Below are positions 1 to 9,228 of a stretch of 54,044 bases of DNA, one piece after another (position 1 is the first letter of the stretch; each line of letters starts with the position of its first letter). The DNA is from Verrucomicrobiota bacterium (GTDB lineage: Bacteria > Verrucomicrobiota > Verrucomicrobiia > CAIQCK01), in NCBI GenBank assembly GCA_016219905.1, contig JACRKA010000097.1, forward strand, positions 1 through 54,044, read 5' to 3'. The notes beneath the pieces are model-generated. The model had not been told where the DNA came from. It did not search any database and saw only the letters and a program-made list of their open reading frames with translations. A program made the position numbers and the translations under genes.

Positions 1-3
1 CCG

Positions 4-1155
4 GTGTTGATCGAGGTGTGCATTTTCACGGCGTTGCTGGGGCTGGCGATGCACGCGCTGCCCGTCCTTTCGCTCCAGGAGGTCGCCGGCACACACGGGG
101 TCGAGCATCATGTGATGGGGCCGGACGCCGCGACCAACCCGCAGCATCGCGAGCTGGAGGCCTCGATGCTCCACTACATGGGCGAGGTGTTTGTCGGCCA
201 TTGGTTCGCGTGGGTCGTGGGCATCGTATTCGCCCTGCTGCTGCTGTCGGCGACCAACACGGCGATCGTGGGCCTGGTGAGCGTGATTTTCTTGATGGCG
301 CGCGACGGCCAGTTGCCGCGGCATTTCGCCACCTTGAACCGCTTCGGCGTGCCGTGGATCCCGCTGCTGATCGCGACGATCATCCCGCTGCTGGTGCTGG
401 ATGCGGTCAACAACATCCAAGGGCTGGCTTCGCTCTACGCGATCGGCGTGGTGGGCGCGATCACGGTGGACCTCGGTTCGTCGGCGTTCAACTTCAAGCT
501 GCCGATGAAGCGGTGGGAGCGCGTGCTGCTGCTGGGGACGAGCGTGTTGCTGGCCGGCATCTGGGTCACGATCGCCGTGACCAAGCCGTATGCGCTGTTG
601 TTCGCGTTGCTGGTCGTCGGCTTTGGCGCGTTGATGACTACGAAGTGGATCAAGGGACCGGCGCCCGCGCCGGCCGAGCCCGGCTTTGACACCAGCGCGA
701 TGGGGGTGCCGGTCCTGGAACCGGTGATGGCGACCGGCGCGGCGGCGGCGGCGGCCACGGGTGGCGCGATCCTCGTGGCGGCGCGCGGGCCGACGGATGT
801 GCTGAAGTTCGCGGTGGACGAGGCGGCGTTGCGCGGGTGCGTGCTCTACGTGCTCTACGTGCGCGAGATCGCGGTGACGATCCCGACGACGTCTCACTGG
901 CGCAACGACCCGGATGCGACGGCGGTGTTCAAGGCCGCGCGCGACCTCGCGAGCCAGCGCGGCGTGCAGGTGTTGCCCGTCTATACGAACAGCGACTCGC
1001 CCGCCCCGATCATCCTGGATCTCGCCGCGACGTTTGGCGTGGAGTATCTGATCATGGGCGGCAGCCAGCGCAGCCGGTTGGTCAACCTGCTCAAGGGCGA
1101 CGTCATCGGCGCCGTGGCGCGCCAGTTGCCGCCGAACATCCGGCTGTTTATCTAG
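4..1155 (+). CDS. APC-family amino acid permease with C-terminal universal stress protein (USP) domain; 5' end lies outside the window
   Basis: Multiple TM helices with APC-type motifs (LLLSATNTAI, MARDGQLP, LNRFGVPW). C-terminal USP-like fold (ILVAARG...LYVLYVRE...YLIMGGSQRS..LLKGDV). Confidence 0.8.
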   Translation: MLIEVCIFTALLGLAMHALPVLSLQEVAGTHGVEHHVMGPDAATNPQHRELEASMLHYMGEVFVGHWFAWVVGIVFALLLLSATNTAIVGLVSVIFLMARDGQLPRHFATLNRFGVPWIPLLIATIIPLLVLDAVNNIQGLASLYAIGVVGAITVDLGSSAFNFKLPMKRWERVLLLGTSVLLAGIWVTIAVTKPYALLFALLVVGFGALMTTKWIKGPAPAPAEPGFDTSAMGVPVLEPVMATGAAAAAATGGAILVAARGPTDVLKFAVDEAALRGCVLYVLYVREIAVTIPTTSHWRNDPDATAVFKAARDLASQRGVQVLPVYTNSDSPAPIILDLAATFGVEYLIMGGSQRSRLVNLLKGDVIGAVARQLPPNIRLFI

Positions 1156-1165
1156 GGCTATGTGT

Positions 1166-1206
1166 AAAACGCAAGCGCCGCCCCCGGGTCCGGGGGCGTC
1201 GCTCGC
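1166..1206. terminator. Hairpin between convergent genes, probable intrinsic terminator for amtB-glnK
   Basis: gcaagcgccgcccccgg / ccgggggcgtcgctcgc inverted repeat, followed on the minus strand by gtttt. Confidence 0.55.
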
Positions 1207-1232
1207 GTGATGAATCTGCGAGGGCGCGTGGC

Positions 1233-1574
<342 letters not shown>

Positions 1575-1599
1575 TCAATCCTCAGTCAGCCTGCGCGGC

Positions 1600-3099
1600 T
1601 CAGATCAGGTTGTATCCTTCCTCGCCGTGGTCCACGATGTCCAACCCTTGGCGTTCTTCATCCGGCGCCGGCCGCAGGCCGATCACCGCCTTGACGATAT
1701 ACGCGAGAATCGCCGTGCCGACAACTGCCAAAACGAACGTCAGCCCGATGGCCTTGACCTGCTCGATCCACAGCGATGAGCCGACCACGGCTTTGAGGTT
1801 GGTGCTGAGGTTGGCGTTGACGTCCAGCACCGCCAGGAATCCTGTCAGCAGCGCGCCCAGCGTCCCGCCCACCGCGTGCACGCCGAAGGTGTCCAGCGCG
1901 TCGTCGTAGCCGATCAGGCCCTTGAGCTTGGTCACCGCGAAGAACGGGATCAACCCCGCCGCGACGCCGATGATGACCGCGCCGGTGGAGTTGACGAAAC
2001 CGCACGCGGGCGTGATCACCACCAGGCCCGCCACCGCGCCCGAGCAGAAACCGAGCACGCTGGGCTTGCCTCTCATGACCCATTCCGCGACCGCCCACGT
2101 GAAGCAGGCCACGGCCGTCGCGAGCGTGGTCGTCATGAACGCATTGGCCGCGATGCCGTCGGCCGCCACCGCGCTGCCCGCGTTGAACCCATACCAGCCG
2201 ACCCACAACATGCCCGTGCCCACCATGCACAGCACCATGCTGTGCGGCGGCATCTGCTCCTTCCCGAACCCGACGCGCGGGCCGAGGATCAGGCACAGGA
2301 TCAGCGCCGACCAGCCGCTCGACATGTGGACCACCGTGCCGCCGGCAAAATCAATCGCCTGGATGGTTGCCTTGGCGTTCCACACGCCGTTCATGAAACC
2401 GTCAATGCCCCACACCATGTGCGCCAGCGGGAAGTAAACGACGAACATCCACAGCGTGATGAACACGAGGATGGCCGAGTATTTCATGCGCTCCGCGACC
2501 GCGCCGACGATCAGCGCCGGCGTGATGATCGCGAACATGAGCTGATACATCGAGAAGACGTTTTGCGAGACCCAGAACGAGTAGTCGGTGTTGGGCGCGG
2601 AATCCACGCCCTTGAGGAACGCGAACTTGGTCCAACTGCCCATGAACGGATTGCCGCCTGCGAACGCGATGCTGTAGCCGCACGCCCACCACAGGATCGT
2701 CACCAGCCCCGCGATGCCGAGACATTGCGCCAGCACCGACAGCACGTTCTTCTTCCGCACCAGGCCACCGTAGAACAACGCCAGTCCCGGCAGCGTCATG
2801 AACAACACCAGCGCCGAACACGCCATCTGCCAGGCGTTGTGGCCGGGGCCGGACGTGGCCGAGGTCGGCGTCGCCAGGCCCTCGGCGATCTTGCCGTCCT
2901 TGTCCTTCAACGGCGCCGCCGGGTCGCCGTTGGTGACGTAGGCCTCGAGCGACGCGATGCGCTGCTCGAGCGTCGGCTCGGGCTTCTTCGGCGCATCTGC
3001 CGCGCCCGCCGGGCCTGCCAGTGTGACCAAGAGCGCGGCCAGCCCTCCTAGGGCCGCCGACCGCGCTCCGAATTTCGCAGTCAATGATTTCAGCTTCAT
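1600..3099 (-). CDS. amtB: Ammonium transporter
   Basis: LFMTLPGLALFYGGLVR, DFAGGTVVH, GWYGFNAGS, DDALDTFGVH, GLDIVDHGE. Start moved to ATG at 3099 (signal peptide MKLKSL...AGA). Confidence 0.95.
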   Translation of the reverse strand: MKLKSLTAKFGARSAALGGLAALLVTLAGPAGAADAPKKPEPTLEQRIASLEAYVTNGDPAAPLKDKDGKIAEGLATPTSATSGPGHNAWQMACSALVLFMTLPGLALFYGGLVRKKNVLSVLAQCLGIAGLVTILWWACGYSIAFAGGNPFMGSWTKFAFLKGVDSAPNTDYSFWVSQNVFSMYQLMFAIITPALIVGAVAERMKYSAILVFITLWMFVVYFPLAHMVWGIDGFMNGVWNAKATIQAIDFAGGTVVHMSSGWSALILCLILGPRVGFGKEQMPPHSMVLCMVGTGMLWVGWYGFNAGSAVAADGIAANAFMTTTLATAVACFTWAVAEWVMRGKPSVLGFCSGAVAGLVVITPACGFVNSTGAVIIGVAAGLIPFFAVTKLKGLIGYDDALDTFGVHAVGGTLGALLTGFLAVLDVNANLSTNLKAVVGSSLWIEQVKAIGLTFVLAVVGTAILAYIVKAVIGLRPAPDEERQGLDIVDHGEEGYNLI

Positions 3100-3211
3100 G
3101 GCTTGGTTCTCGTTTCTGCGGTCGTGGAAGCGGCACCGCTTCCGCGCTTTCACATTCCGATCGCTACGGATCGTTTTGGGACGACATGCGTGTTCGTTCG
3201 CTGGAACCCAA

Positions 3212-3227
3212 AGCAACAGCAGTGCCA
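3212..3227 (-). promoter_or_regulatory. Sigma54 (-24/-12) promoter of amtB-glnK
   Basis: Minus strand reads TGGCACTGCTGTTGCT, with exact GG-N10-GC spacing, about 110 nt upstream of amtB. Confidence 0.8.
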
Positions 3228-3302
3228 GCCCCGCTCACGCTTGCGGGACGCGGAAGGTCTGGCGAAATTTGAGCGGGCTGGTTAAAAGGGACGGGCAGGC
3301 TG

Positions 3303-4343
3303 ATGAAAACGAGCGACTTCGACTACACGCTGCCGTCCGAGCTGATCGCGCAGCAACCGCTGGCCCGGCGCGACACCAGCCGGATGCTCGTCCTCCACCG
3401 CGCCACCGGCGCGCTGGCTCACGAAACCTTCGCGCGTTTCCCCGACCGCCTGCACGCCGACGAAGTTCTCGTCCTCAACGACACGCGCGTCATTCCCGCC
3501 CGCCTCCTTGGCCGCAAACCCACCGGCGGCGCCGTCGAACTGCTGCTTGTCGAGCAACTCGACGCCCTCCGCTGGCTCGCCCTCGCCCGTCCTGCCAAAC
3601 GCCTCCACGACGGCACGGAGTTGGTCTTCGAGGAAAACCCGAATCACGAATCACGTTCCACGCTCTCCGCCATCGTCGAGTCCAAACGCGCGGAAGGCGA
3701 AGTCTGCATCCGCTTCGCGACCGCCCCCGACCTCGACCGCTTCGGCCACGTGCCGCTGCCGCCCTACATCCGCCACGGCGAAGACCAGCCCGACGACCGC
3801 GAGCGATACCAGACCGTCTTCGCACGCCGGCCCGGCGCCATCGCCGCGCCGACCGCCGGCCTGCACTTCACGCGCGAGACCTTCGCCGCGCTCGCCCAAC
3901 GCGGCGTGCTCGTCCACCGGCTCACCCTCCACGTCGGCCTCGGCACGTTCAAACCGGTGGCGACCGACGACATCGAGCAGCACGTCATGCACATCGAACG
4001 GTTCGACATCCCGGAGGAGACCGCGCTCGCCGTCAACGCCGCCAAGCGCGACGGCCGCCGCGTCATCTGCGCCGGCACCACCGTTGTCCGCGCCCTCGAA
4101 TCGGTCGCCGACGAGGCCGGCCAGGTCCGCGCGGGCGCGAGCGAGACCGACATCTTCATCCACCCGCCGTATCACTTCCGCGTCGCCGACGCCCTGCTGA
4201 CCAACTTCCATCTGCCGCGCTCGACGCTGCTGATGCTGGTCAGCGCCTTCGCCGGCCGCGAGCCTGTGCTGGCCGCCTACGCCGAGGCCGTGCGCGAGCG
4301 GTATCGGTTTTACAGCTACGGCGATTGCATGTTAATCGTGTGA
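3303..4343 (+). CDS. queA: S-adenosylmethionine:tRNA ribosyltransferase-isomerase
   Basis: DFDYTLPSELIAQ, LNDTRVIPARL, PLPPYI, AAPTAGLHF, TNFHLPRSTL, YRFYSYGD. Confidence 0.97.
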   Translation: MKTSDFDYTLPSELIAQQPLARRDTSRMLVLHRATGALAHETFARFPDRLHADEVLVLNDTRVIPARLLGRKPTGGAVELLLVEQLDALRWLALARPAKRLHDGTELVFEENPNHESRSTLSAIVESKRAEGEVCIRFATAPDLDRFGHVPLPPYIRHGEDQPDDRERYQTVFARRPGAIAAPTAGLHFTRETFAALAQRGVLVHRLTLHVGLGTFKPVATDDIEQHVMHIERFDIPEETALAVNAAKRDGRRVICAGTTVVRALESVADEAGQVRAGASETDIFIHPPYHFRVADALLTNFHLPRSTLLMLVSAFAGREPVLAAYAEAVRERYRFYSYGDCMLIV

Positions 4344-4347
4344 CCTG

Positions 4348-5046
4348 ATGAAGCGCCCCTACGTCCTGATCAACATGGCCATGACGCTCGACGGCAAGAC
4401 CTCGACCGTCGAGCGGCGGCCCACCGACTGGACCAGCCCGACCGACAAGCGGCGGATGATCGAGCTGCGCGCCACCGCCGACGCGGTGATGGTCGGCGCG
4501 CGCACCGCCGAGACCGACCGCACCAGCCTGAGCATCCCCGACGCGGCCTTGCAGCGACGCCGCGCGCGGCGTGGGCTGCCGCCGCATCCGCTGCGCATCA
4601 TCGTCAGCGGCAACTGCTCTTTCCGCGACACCATCCGCGTCTTCGAGCGGCCCGTCTCGCCCATCCTCATCTTCACCTCGCGCCGCGCGCCGCAGGCAAA
4701 GCTGGACCGGCTCGCGCGCCGGCCCGACACGCACATCTATGTCGCCGGCGGACGCGACGTGGACGTGCCGGCGATGCTCGACATCCTCGCGCGCGAGTGG
4801 AAGGTGAAGCGGTTGCTCGCCGAGGGCGGTGCGGCGTTGAACTGGGCGCTGTTCGCGGCGGGCGCGGTGGACGAGGTCAACGTCACGCTCTGCCCGCGCG
4901 TGTTCGGCGGCGCGACCGCGCCGACGCTGGTGGACGGTGCCGGTTTTCTCCGCGACCGCATCCTCGACGCGAAGCTCCTGCGCTGTGACCGCATCGGGCA
5001 GGAGTTGTTTCTGCGATATCGGAGATTGCCGCTGTCTTCCGGCTGA
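4348..5046 (+). CDS. RibD C-terminal / DHFR-fold reductase family protein
   Basis: RPYVLINMAMTLDGK, LRATADAVMVGA, LLAEGG, VDEV..TLCPRVFGG..APTLVDG. Confidence 0.85.
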   Translation: MKRPYVLINMAMTLDGKTSTVERRPTDWTSPTDKRRMIELRATADAVMVGARTAETDRTSLSIPDAALQRRRARRGLPPHPLRIIVSGNCSFRDTIRVFERPVSPILIFTSRRAPQAKLDRLARRPDTHIYVAGGRDVDVPAMLDILAREWKVKRLLAEGGAALNWALFAAGAVDEVNVTLCPRVFGGATAPTLVDGAGFLRDRILDAKLLRCDRIGQELFLRYRRLPLSSG

Positions 5047-5076
5047 ACCGGCAGCGCGGCCGGGAGGAGAAAGGTA

Positions 5077-5105
5077 TTGCTTCAGGGGTGGCGAAAAGCT
5101 AGTTT
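5077..5105 (+). promoter_or_regulatory. Possible sigma70-type promoter for the Tad locus
   Basis: TTGCTT-N17-TAGTTT in an AT-richer patch ahead of the first prepilin gene. Confidence 0.3.
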
Positions 5106-5148
5106 TCTGGGGCAACTGCGGACCGAGAGCGGTGTTGGACATACAGCC

Positions 5149-5313
5149 ATGATGCAAGTCGCGAGAGGGCCGCGCAGCGGGCAGACGATGACCGAGTTCC
5201 TGCTCGTGGCGATGACGTGCATCCTGTTCTTTTTCATCCTCGCGATTTTTTTGAACTCGTATCTCGAGCATTCATACCGGGTTTTGAGCCTGTTGTCGTC
5301 GCAATACCCCTGA
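5149..5313 (+). CDS. Small Flp/TadE-like prepilin
   Basis: Class III signal motif RSG|QTMTEF followed by a hydrophobic helix; 54 aa; first gene of the Tad cluster. Confidence 0.65.
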   Translation: MMQVARGPRSGQTMTEFLLVAMTCILFFFILAIFLNSYLEHSYRVLSLLSSQYP

Positions 5314-5370
5314 GGGGTGGCGGCGCGGCAGCCAGAGGAGTCATAGCGGCAGCGGTCGGCAGGAGAAACC

Positions 5371-5643
5371 ATGAGCAAGATGCGTAAACTGATGGCGAAC
5401 CGGCGGTCAGGCCAGACGATGACGGAATACATCATCATCGTCGTGATCGTTGCGGTGGCGGCGCTGATCATCTTCGGTATTTTCAGCGACACCATCCGGA
5501 CGAAACTGGCGGGCACCGTGTCAAGCATTGACAGCGGCACGCACGCCAGCGACGCCCAAAGCGAGGTGGCCACCAAGTCGGTGGACATCCTGAAGAACCT
5601 CAACGAACAAGGCATAGACAGCAGCGGTGGCAGCGGGTCGTAG
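5371..5643 (+). CDS. Flp-type major pilin (type IVc)
   Basis: RRSG|QTMTEYIIIVVIVAVAA (Flp G..EY motif); strong RBS aggagaaacc. Confidence 0.85.
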   Translation: MSKMRKLMANRRSGQTMTEYIIIVVIVAVAALIIFGIFSDTIRTKLAGTVSSIDSGTHASDAQSEVATKSVDILKNLNEQGIDSSGGSGS

Positions 5644-5700
5644 TTCGGCGCTTGTAAACGTGGCTGGCAGAGGAGGCCAGCTGCGGCCACGAGGGTCACG

Positions 5701-6267
5701 ATGCGGCGGCAACGCAACCATGCCCGCGCGCGAATGATTGCCCGACGCTCCGGGGAGAGCGGGCAGTCCATCGTGGAGTCTTGTGTCGTCATCATGGTGG
5801 TGCTGCTGGTTTTCTACGGGTTTCTTCAGGCCGCGTTGCTCTACAACCACGAGCGCGTGCTCCAGTTTGCCTCGTTCGCGTCCACGCGGTCGGCCACGGT
5901 CGGGTTCAACGAGGACGTCTATACGCGCGCCTACCGGGCCGCGTCCATCCCCGCGTCCGGCCCGATGCAGACGCCGGGGCAGAACCAGTCGCAGCCGGCG
6001 CAGCTTGGCCTGGAGACCGCCATCATCCCGTGTTACCTGAACCCGGAGAACGGCCAGGGCATTTTGCAGTATGAGTATTGGGACACCTACCGGATGGACC
6101 CGGTGATCACAGGCGGGGGCACTACGATCCAGGAGTATCACGAGCAGCAACACCCGCTGCAGATCTGGAAGGACAGCGGGTTGCTGTGGGCGTTTTATGG
6201 CCGGGACACGGTGACGATCGCCAACGACGTGTCCATGGGGCTTCACTACGAGCATTACCTGCAATGA
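5701..6267 (+). CDS. TadE-like minor pilin
   Basis: SG|QSIVES plus hydrophobic helix, then A..ASTRSATVG as in TadE N-termini. Confidence 0.8.
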   Translation: MRRQRNHARARMIARRSGESGQSIVESCVVIMVVLLVFYGFLQAALLYNHERVLQFASFASTRSATVGFNEDVYTRAYRAASIPASGPMQTPGQNQSQPAQLGLETAIIPCYLNPENGQGILQYEYWDTYRMDPVITGGGTTIQEYHEQQHPLQIWKDSGLLWAFYGRDTVTIANDVSMGLHYEHYLQ

Positions 6268-7886
6268 ACATTCTCCGTCCAACGCCCTCCGCGCCGCCCG
6301 CCTGCAACCGCCGGCGGGGCCAGACGCTGATCTTCGTGATGATGGTGCTGGCGATCCTGTCGTTCGTGATGTTCTCGGTGTATGACGTGCAGCAGGTGGC
6401 CAGCGCGCGGGTCCGGGCGCAGAACGCCTCCGACGCGGCGGCGCTGGCCGGGGCGCGCTGGCAGGTCACGACGCTCAACGCCATCGGCGAGATCAACCTG
6501 CTGAAGCTGACGACGGCGATCATTGACACGCCGCCGTCGCCGTATGCGGGGCCGGTGCCGGCTTCGCAGTGGCACTCGCTTTTTTCTGATATCAGCAACG
6601 GGTTGGATGGGTTGCAGGAGCGGCTCAGCCGGATCGGGCCGTTGCTGGGCGTGTTCTACGCGCAGCAGGCGGCGAAGCTCAACGGCATGCACGTGGTGGC
6701 GTCGTATGCGCAGCCGTTCAATGACACGATCACCTGGATCAGCACGCACGCGTCGGATTATCCGCCGTATTACCAGACGGAGTTGGTGCCGCTGCTGCAG
6801 GAGATCGTCAACCAGGGCGTGGCGGCGTTGCCGGCGGGGGCGCTGGGCAATCCCGGTTCGTTCGACCTCTCGGAAGCTTCGGGATGGGCGGGGTATTTGT
6901 TGAGCCGGCGTTTTTACGAGGCCATCGCCGCGCAGGACTGGTGTTACTTGCGGCCGGTGTTGAACGCGCCCTACACGGACGCGACCTCGTTCTGGGGCAT
7001 CGTGCGGCCGGGCGACCCGCCGGACCCGCTGCAATTCCTGCCGCTGTGGGTGATGCCGCAGTTTTTCTCGCCGGACACCGTCGAGCAGCAGCTTTCGGAC
7101 AGCGTGCCGGCGATCCAGACTCTGACCAGCCTGCGCAACCTGCAACTCAACCCGAATTTCCCGACCAACACAGGCGATACGAACTATCCGCACTTCAGCG
7201 AGCCGGTGGATCCGATCGCCTTCTACGTGCCGCTGCAACTCTTCGTCTATCGGGGGCAGTGGAGTTGGGGCGGCAACGATGACCAGGCGGAAGCGCTGTT
7301 GCTGCGCAGCCGGTTCAAGCCGCAGTTCCGCTACAAGGGCGCCGATTCGGTCTGGGCGGTGCAGGGCACGGCCAACGTGGTGATGGCCCCGGCGAACCCG
7401 GAGCAGGTTTCGTGGACTTCCGCGCACGAGCAGGAAGGCCTGCGCACGGCATTTGGCGAGCTGGCCTACCTCACCAACCGCGTCGGCAGCATCGGCTACG
7501 GCATCATGGGCAGCGCGGCGGCCAAGCCGTTCGGCCAGATTGACGAGAGCACGCCGCCCAACGGCGCGCCCGGCAGCCCGATCCCGCTGGTGCTGCCGGT
7601 GTTCGACTCGGTGCGGCTGATCCCGATCGCGTTCTCTTCGGGCACCGCGCAGTTCGACCCGTTGTGGTTCATCCATCTGCGCGACCATCTTTATCCCTAC
7701 ACGTCGCAAGGCATCGGCGCGATCTCGGGGGCCTGCCCGTATTGCGCCGACTTGATTCTCTGGGAAAGCTCCGCGTTCCGGCAGATCGGGCTGGACTGGT
7801 TTGCCGACGCCGCCAAGGACGGCCGCGACCCGTGCCCGCCCGGCGGCGGCGGCTGGAACAGCAACAACGGCATCATCGCCCACTGA
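6264..7886 (+). CDS. TadG-like large minor pilin / tip protein
   Basis: RRG|QTLIFV hydrophobic helix and the RAQNASDAAALAGA Tad motif. ATG overlaps the previous stop. Confidence 0.8.
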   Translation: MNILRPTPSAPPACNRRRGQTLIFVMMVLAILSFVMFSVYDVQQVASARVRAQNASDAAALAGARWQVTTLNAIGEINLLKLTTAIIDTPPSPYAGPVPASQWHSLFSDISNGLDGLQERLSRIGPLLGVFYAQQAAKLNGMHVVASYAQPFNDTITWISTHASDYPPYYQTELVPLLQEIVNQGVAALPAGALGNPGSFDLSEASGWAGYLLSRRFYEAIAAQDWCYLRPVLNAPYTDATSFWGIVRPGDPPDPLQFLPLWVMPQFFSPDTVEQQLSDSVPAIQTLTSLRNLQLNPNFPTNTGDTNYPHFSEPVDPIAFYVPLQLFVYRGQWSWGGNDDQAEALLLRSRFKPQFRYKGADSVWAVQGTANVVMAPANPEQVSWTSAHEQEGLRTAFGELAYLTNRVGSIGYGIMGSAAAKPFGQIDESTPPNGAPGSPIPLVLPVFDSVRLIPIAFSSGTAQFDPLWFIHLRDHLYPYTSQGIGAISGACPYCADLILWESSAFRQIGLDWFADAAKDGRDPCPPGGGGWNSNNGIIAH

Positions 7887-7897
7887 GAACCCCGGCC

Positions 7898-8500
7898 ATG
7901 AAACCCCTCTTGAAATCCCATCGGTCGCGGGCGGGCCAGGCGATGGCGGAGATGGTGCTGGCGCTGGTCGCGATGGTGGTGATCATGGTGGGCATCGTCA
8001 CGCTGGGCGAAGGCGGCTACCATCAGATCGCCTCGATGCTGGCGGCGTTGCGCGACGCCTCGACGGGCGCGATCCTCGGCGCCTCCAGCGGCGAGACCTA
8101 TCCGCTGGTGCAGGATTGGGACGCCGGCGCCGACAACCGCAACTACACGCCGGACGACCGCGCGAACTACACCAGCCAGGCCAGCCTCTACACCACCAGC
8201 CGCACGGCGCTCTCGCAGGTCGGCAACGGCCAGCCTTTCGATTATCCGAACTACAACCTCGGCATCCAGCAGTTCGACCAGCACAACCTCACCACCCAGA
8301 TCCCCAACGGCGCCGTCACCGGCGGCTGGAGCACGCCGGGCATAGACACCCGCGACCTGACCCTGGGCGGCATCGAGCGCGGGAGCGAGCGCGTGGAATT
8401 CGGCAACGCGCTGCAGCGGCTGGTCTATGACGCCGACAAGATCACCATCCGCAACGAAGTCTATTGGCCGCAATTGTCCAATCTGGACCAGGCGCCGTGA
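7898..8500 (+). CDS. TadE-like minor pilin
   Basis: RAG|QAMAEMVLALV hydrophobic helix; contains a D-x-G-x-D-x-x-x-Y-T-x-D-D loop (possible Ca2+ site). Confidence 0.75.
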   Translation: MKPLLKSHRSRAGQAMAEMVLALVAMVVIMVGIVTLGEGGYHQIASMLAALRDASTGAILGASSGETYPLVQDWDAGADNRNYTPDDRANYTSQASLYTTSRTALSQVGNGQPFDYPNYNLGIQQFDQHNLTTQIPNGAVTGGWSTPGIDTRDLTLGGIERGSERVEFGNALQRLVYDADKITIRNEVYWPQLSNLDQAP

Positions 8501-9228
8501 CGATCCGTCCGCCGGCCAATCTCCTGCTGCTGCTGCTCGCCGGGCTTGCCTTCACGATGGGCGGGCCTTACGCTGCCGCCCGCGTTTTTCTCAGCGGCGG
8601 CGACTCGCCGCTCGCTGCGGCCTCGGAAGAGGCGGGCTTCAAACAGGTGTATAAGACCGAATACAAAATCAACGGCGCCGACGCGGCGCTGGAGGTCTAT
8701 GCGGCCGACCTGCCGGCGGCCGTCGCCGCGCAACGGCTGCAGGACGCGCTGCGCGGACGCCAAATCAACGCCACCGTCACCGCCACCGAGGCGGGCGGCT
8801 CGGGCGTGCTGGCCACCAAGGATGAACTGACCCGGATGCTGTTGCAGGCGGCCAAGCCGGGCCGGACGATGCTCTACGCCGTGCGCCAGAGCACGGAGGA
8901 CGCGGCGAAGTATGCCGCCGCGCGCGCCGGCGGCGAGGTCATTGACGCAAAGCTGCCCGGCATCCCGGCGTATCCCGGCGCGCGGCTGGTGCATCACGTC
9001 GAGGACAAGAAGACGAAGACCCTTCTCGCCGTGTATAAGGGCAGCGGCGAACCGTCGCTGGTGCGGGACTACTTCGCGCAAAGCCTGCCGCCCAACGGCT
9101 GGCAGCCTGTTTTCCCCGGCGGCCCGATGTATCGGCGCGGGCCGATGAACTGCATGATCAGCGTCACCCCCAGCCAGCAGCTCGGCGAACTGACCATCAC
9201 CGTGCTCGTGCGGCACTCCTCGCTATGA
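8497..9228 (+). CDS. Exported hypothetical protein of the Tad locus
   Basis: N-terminal hydrophobic signal; GIPAYPGA motif; coupled to both neighbours by GTGA/ATGA overlaps. Confidence 0.65.
   Translation: MTIRPPANLLLLLLAGLAFTMGGPYAAARVFLSGGDSPLAAASEEAGFKQVYKTEYKINGADAALEVYAADLPAAVAAQRLQDALRGRQINATVTATEAGGSGVLATKDELTRMLLQAAKPGRTMLYAVRQSTEDAAKYAAARAGGEVIDAKLPGIPAYPGARLVHHVEDKKTKTLLAVYKGSGEPSLVRDYFAQSLPPNGWQPVFPGGPMYRRGPMNCMISVTPSQQLGELTITVLVRHSSL

Noticed and set aside
4348-5046. Calling this gene ribD
   Set aside because: No deaminase domain and no rib operon context; only the reductase fold is supported.
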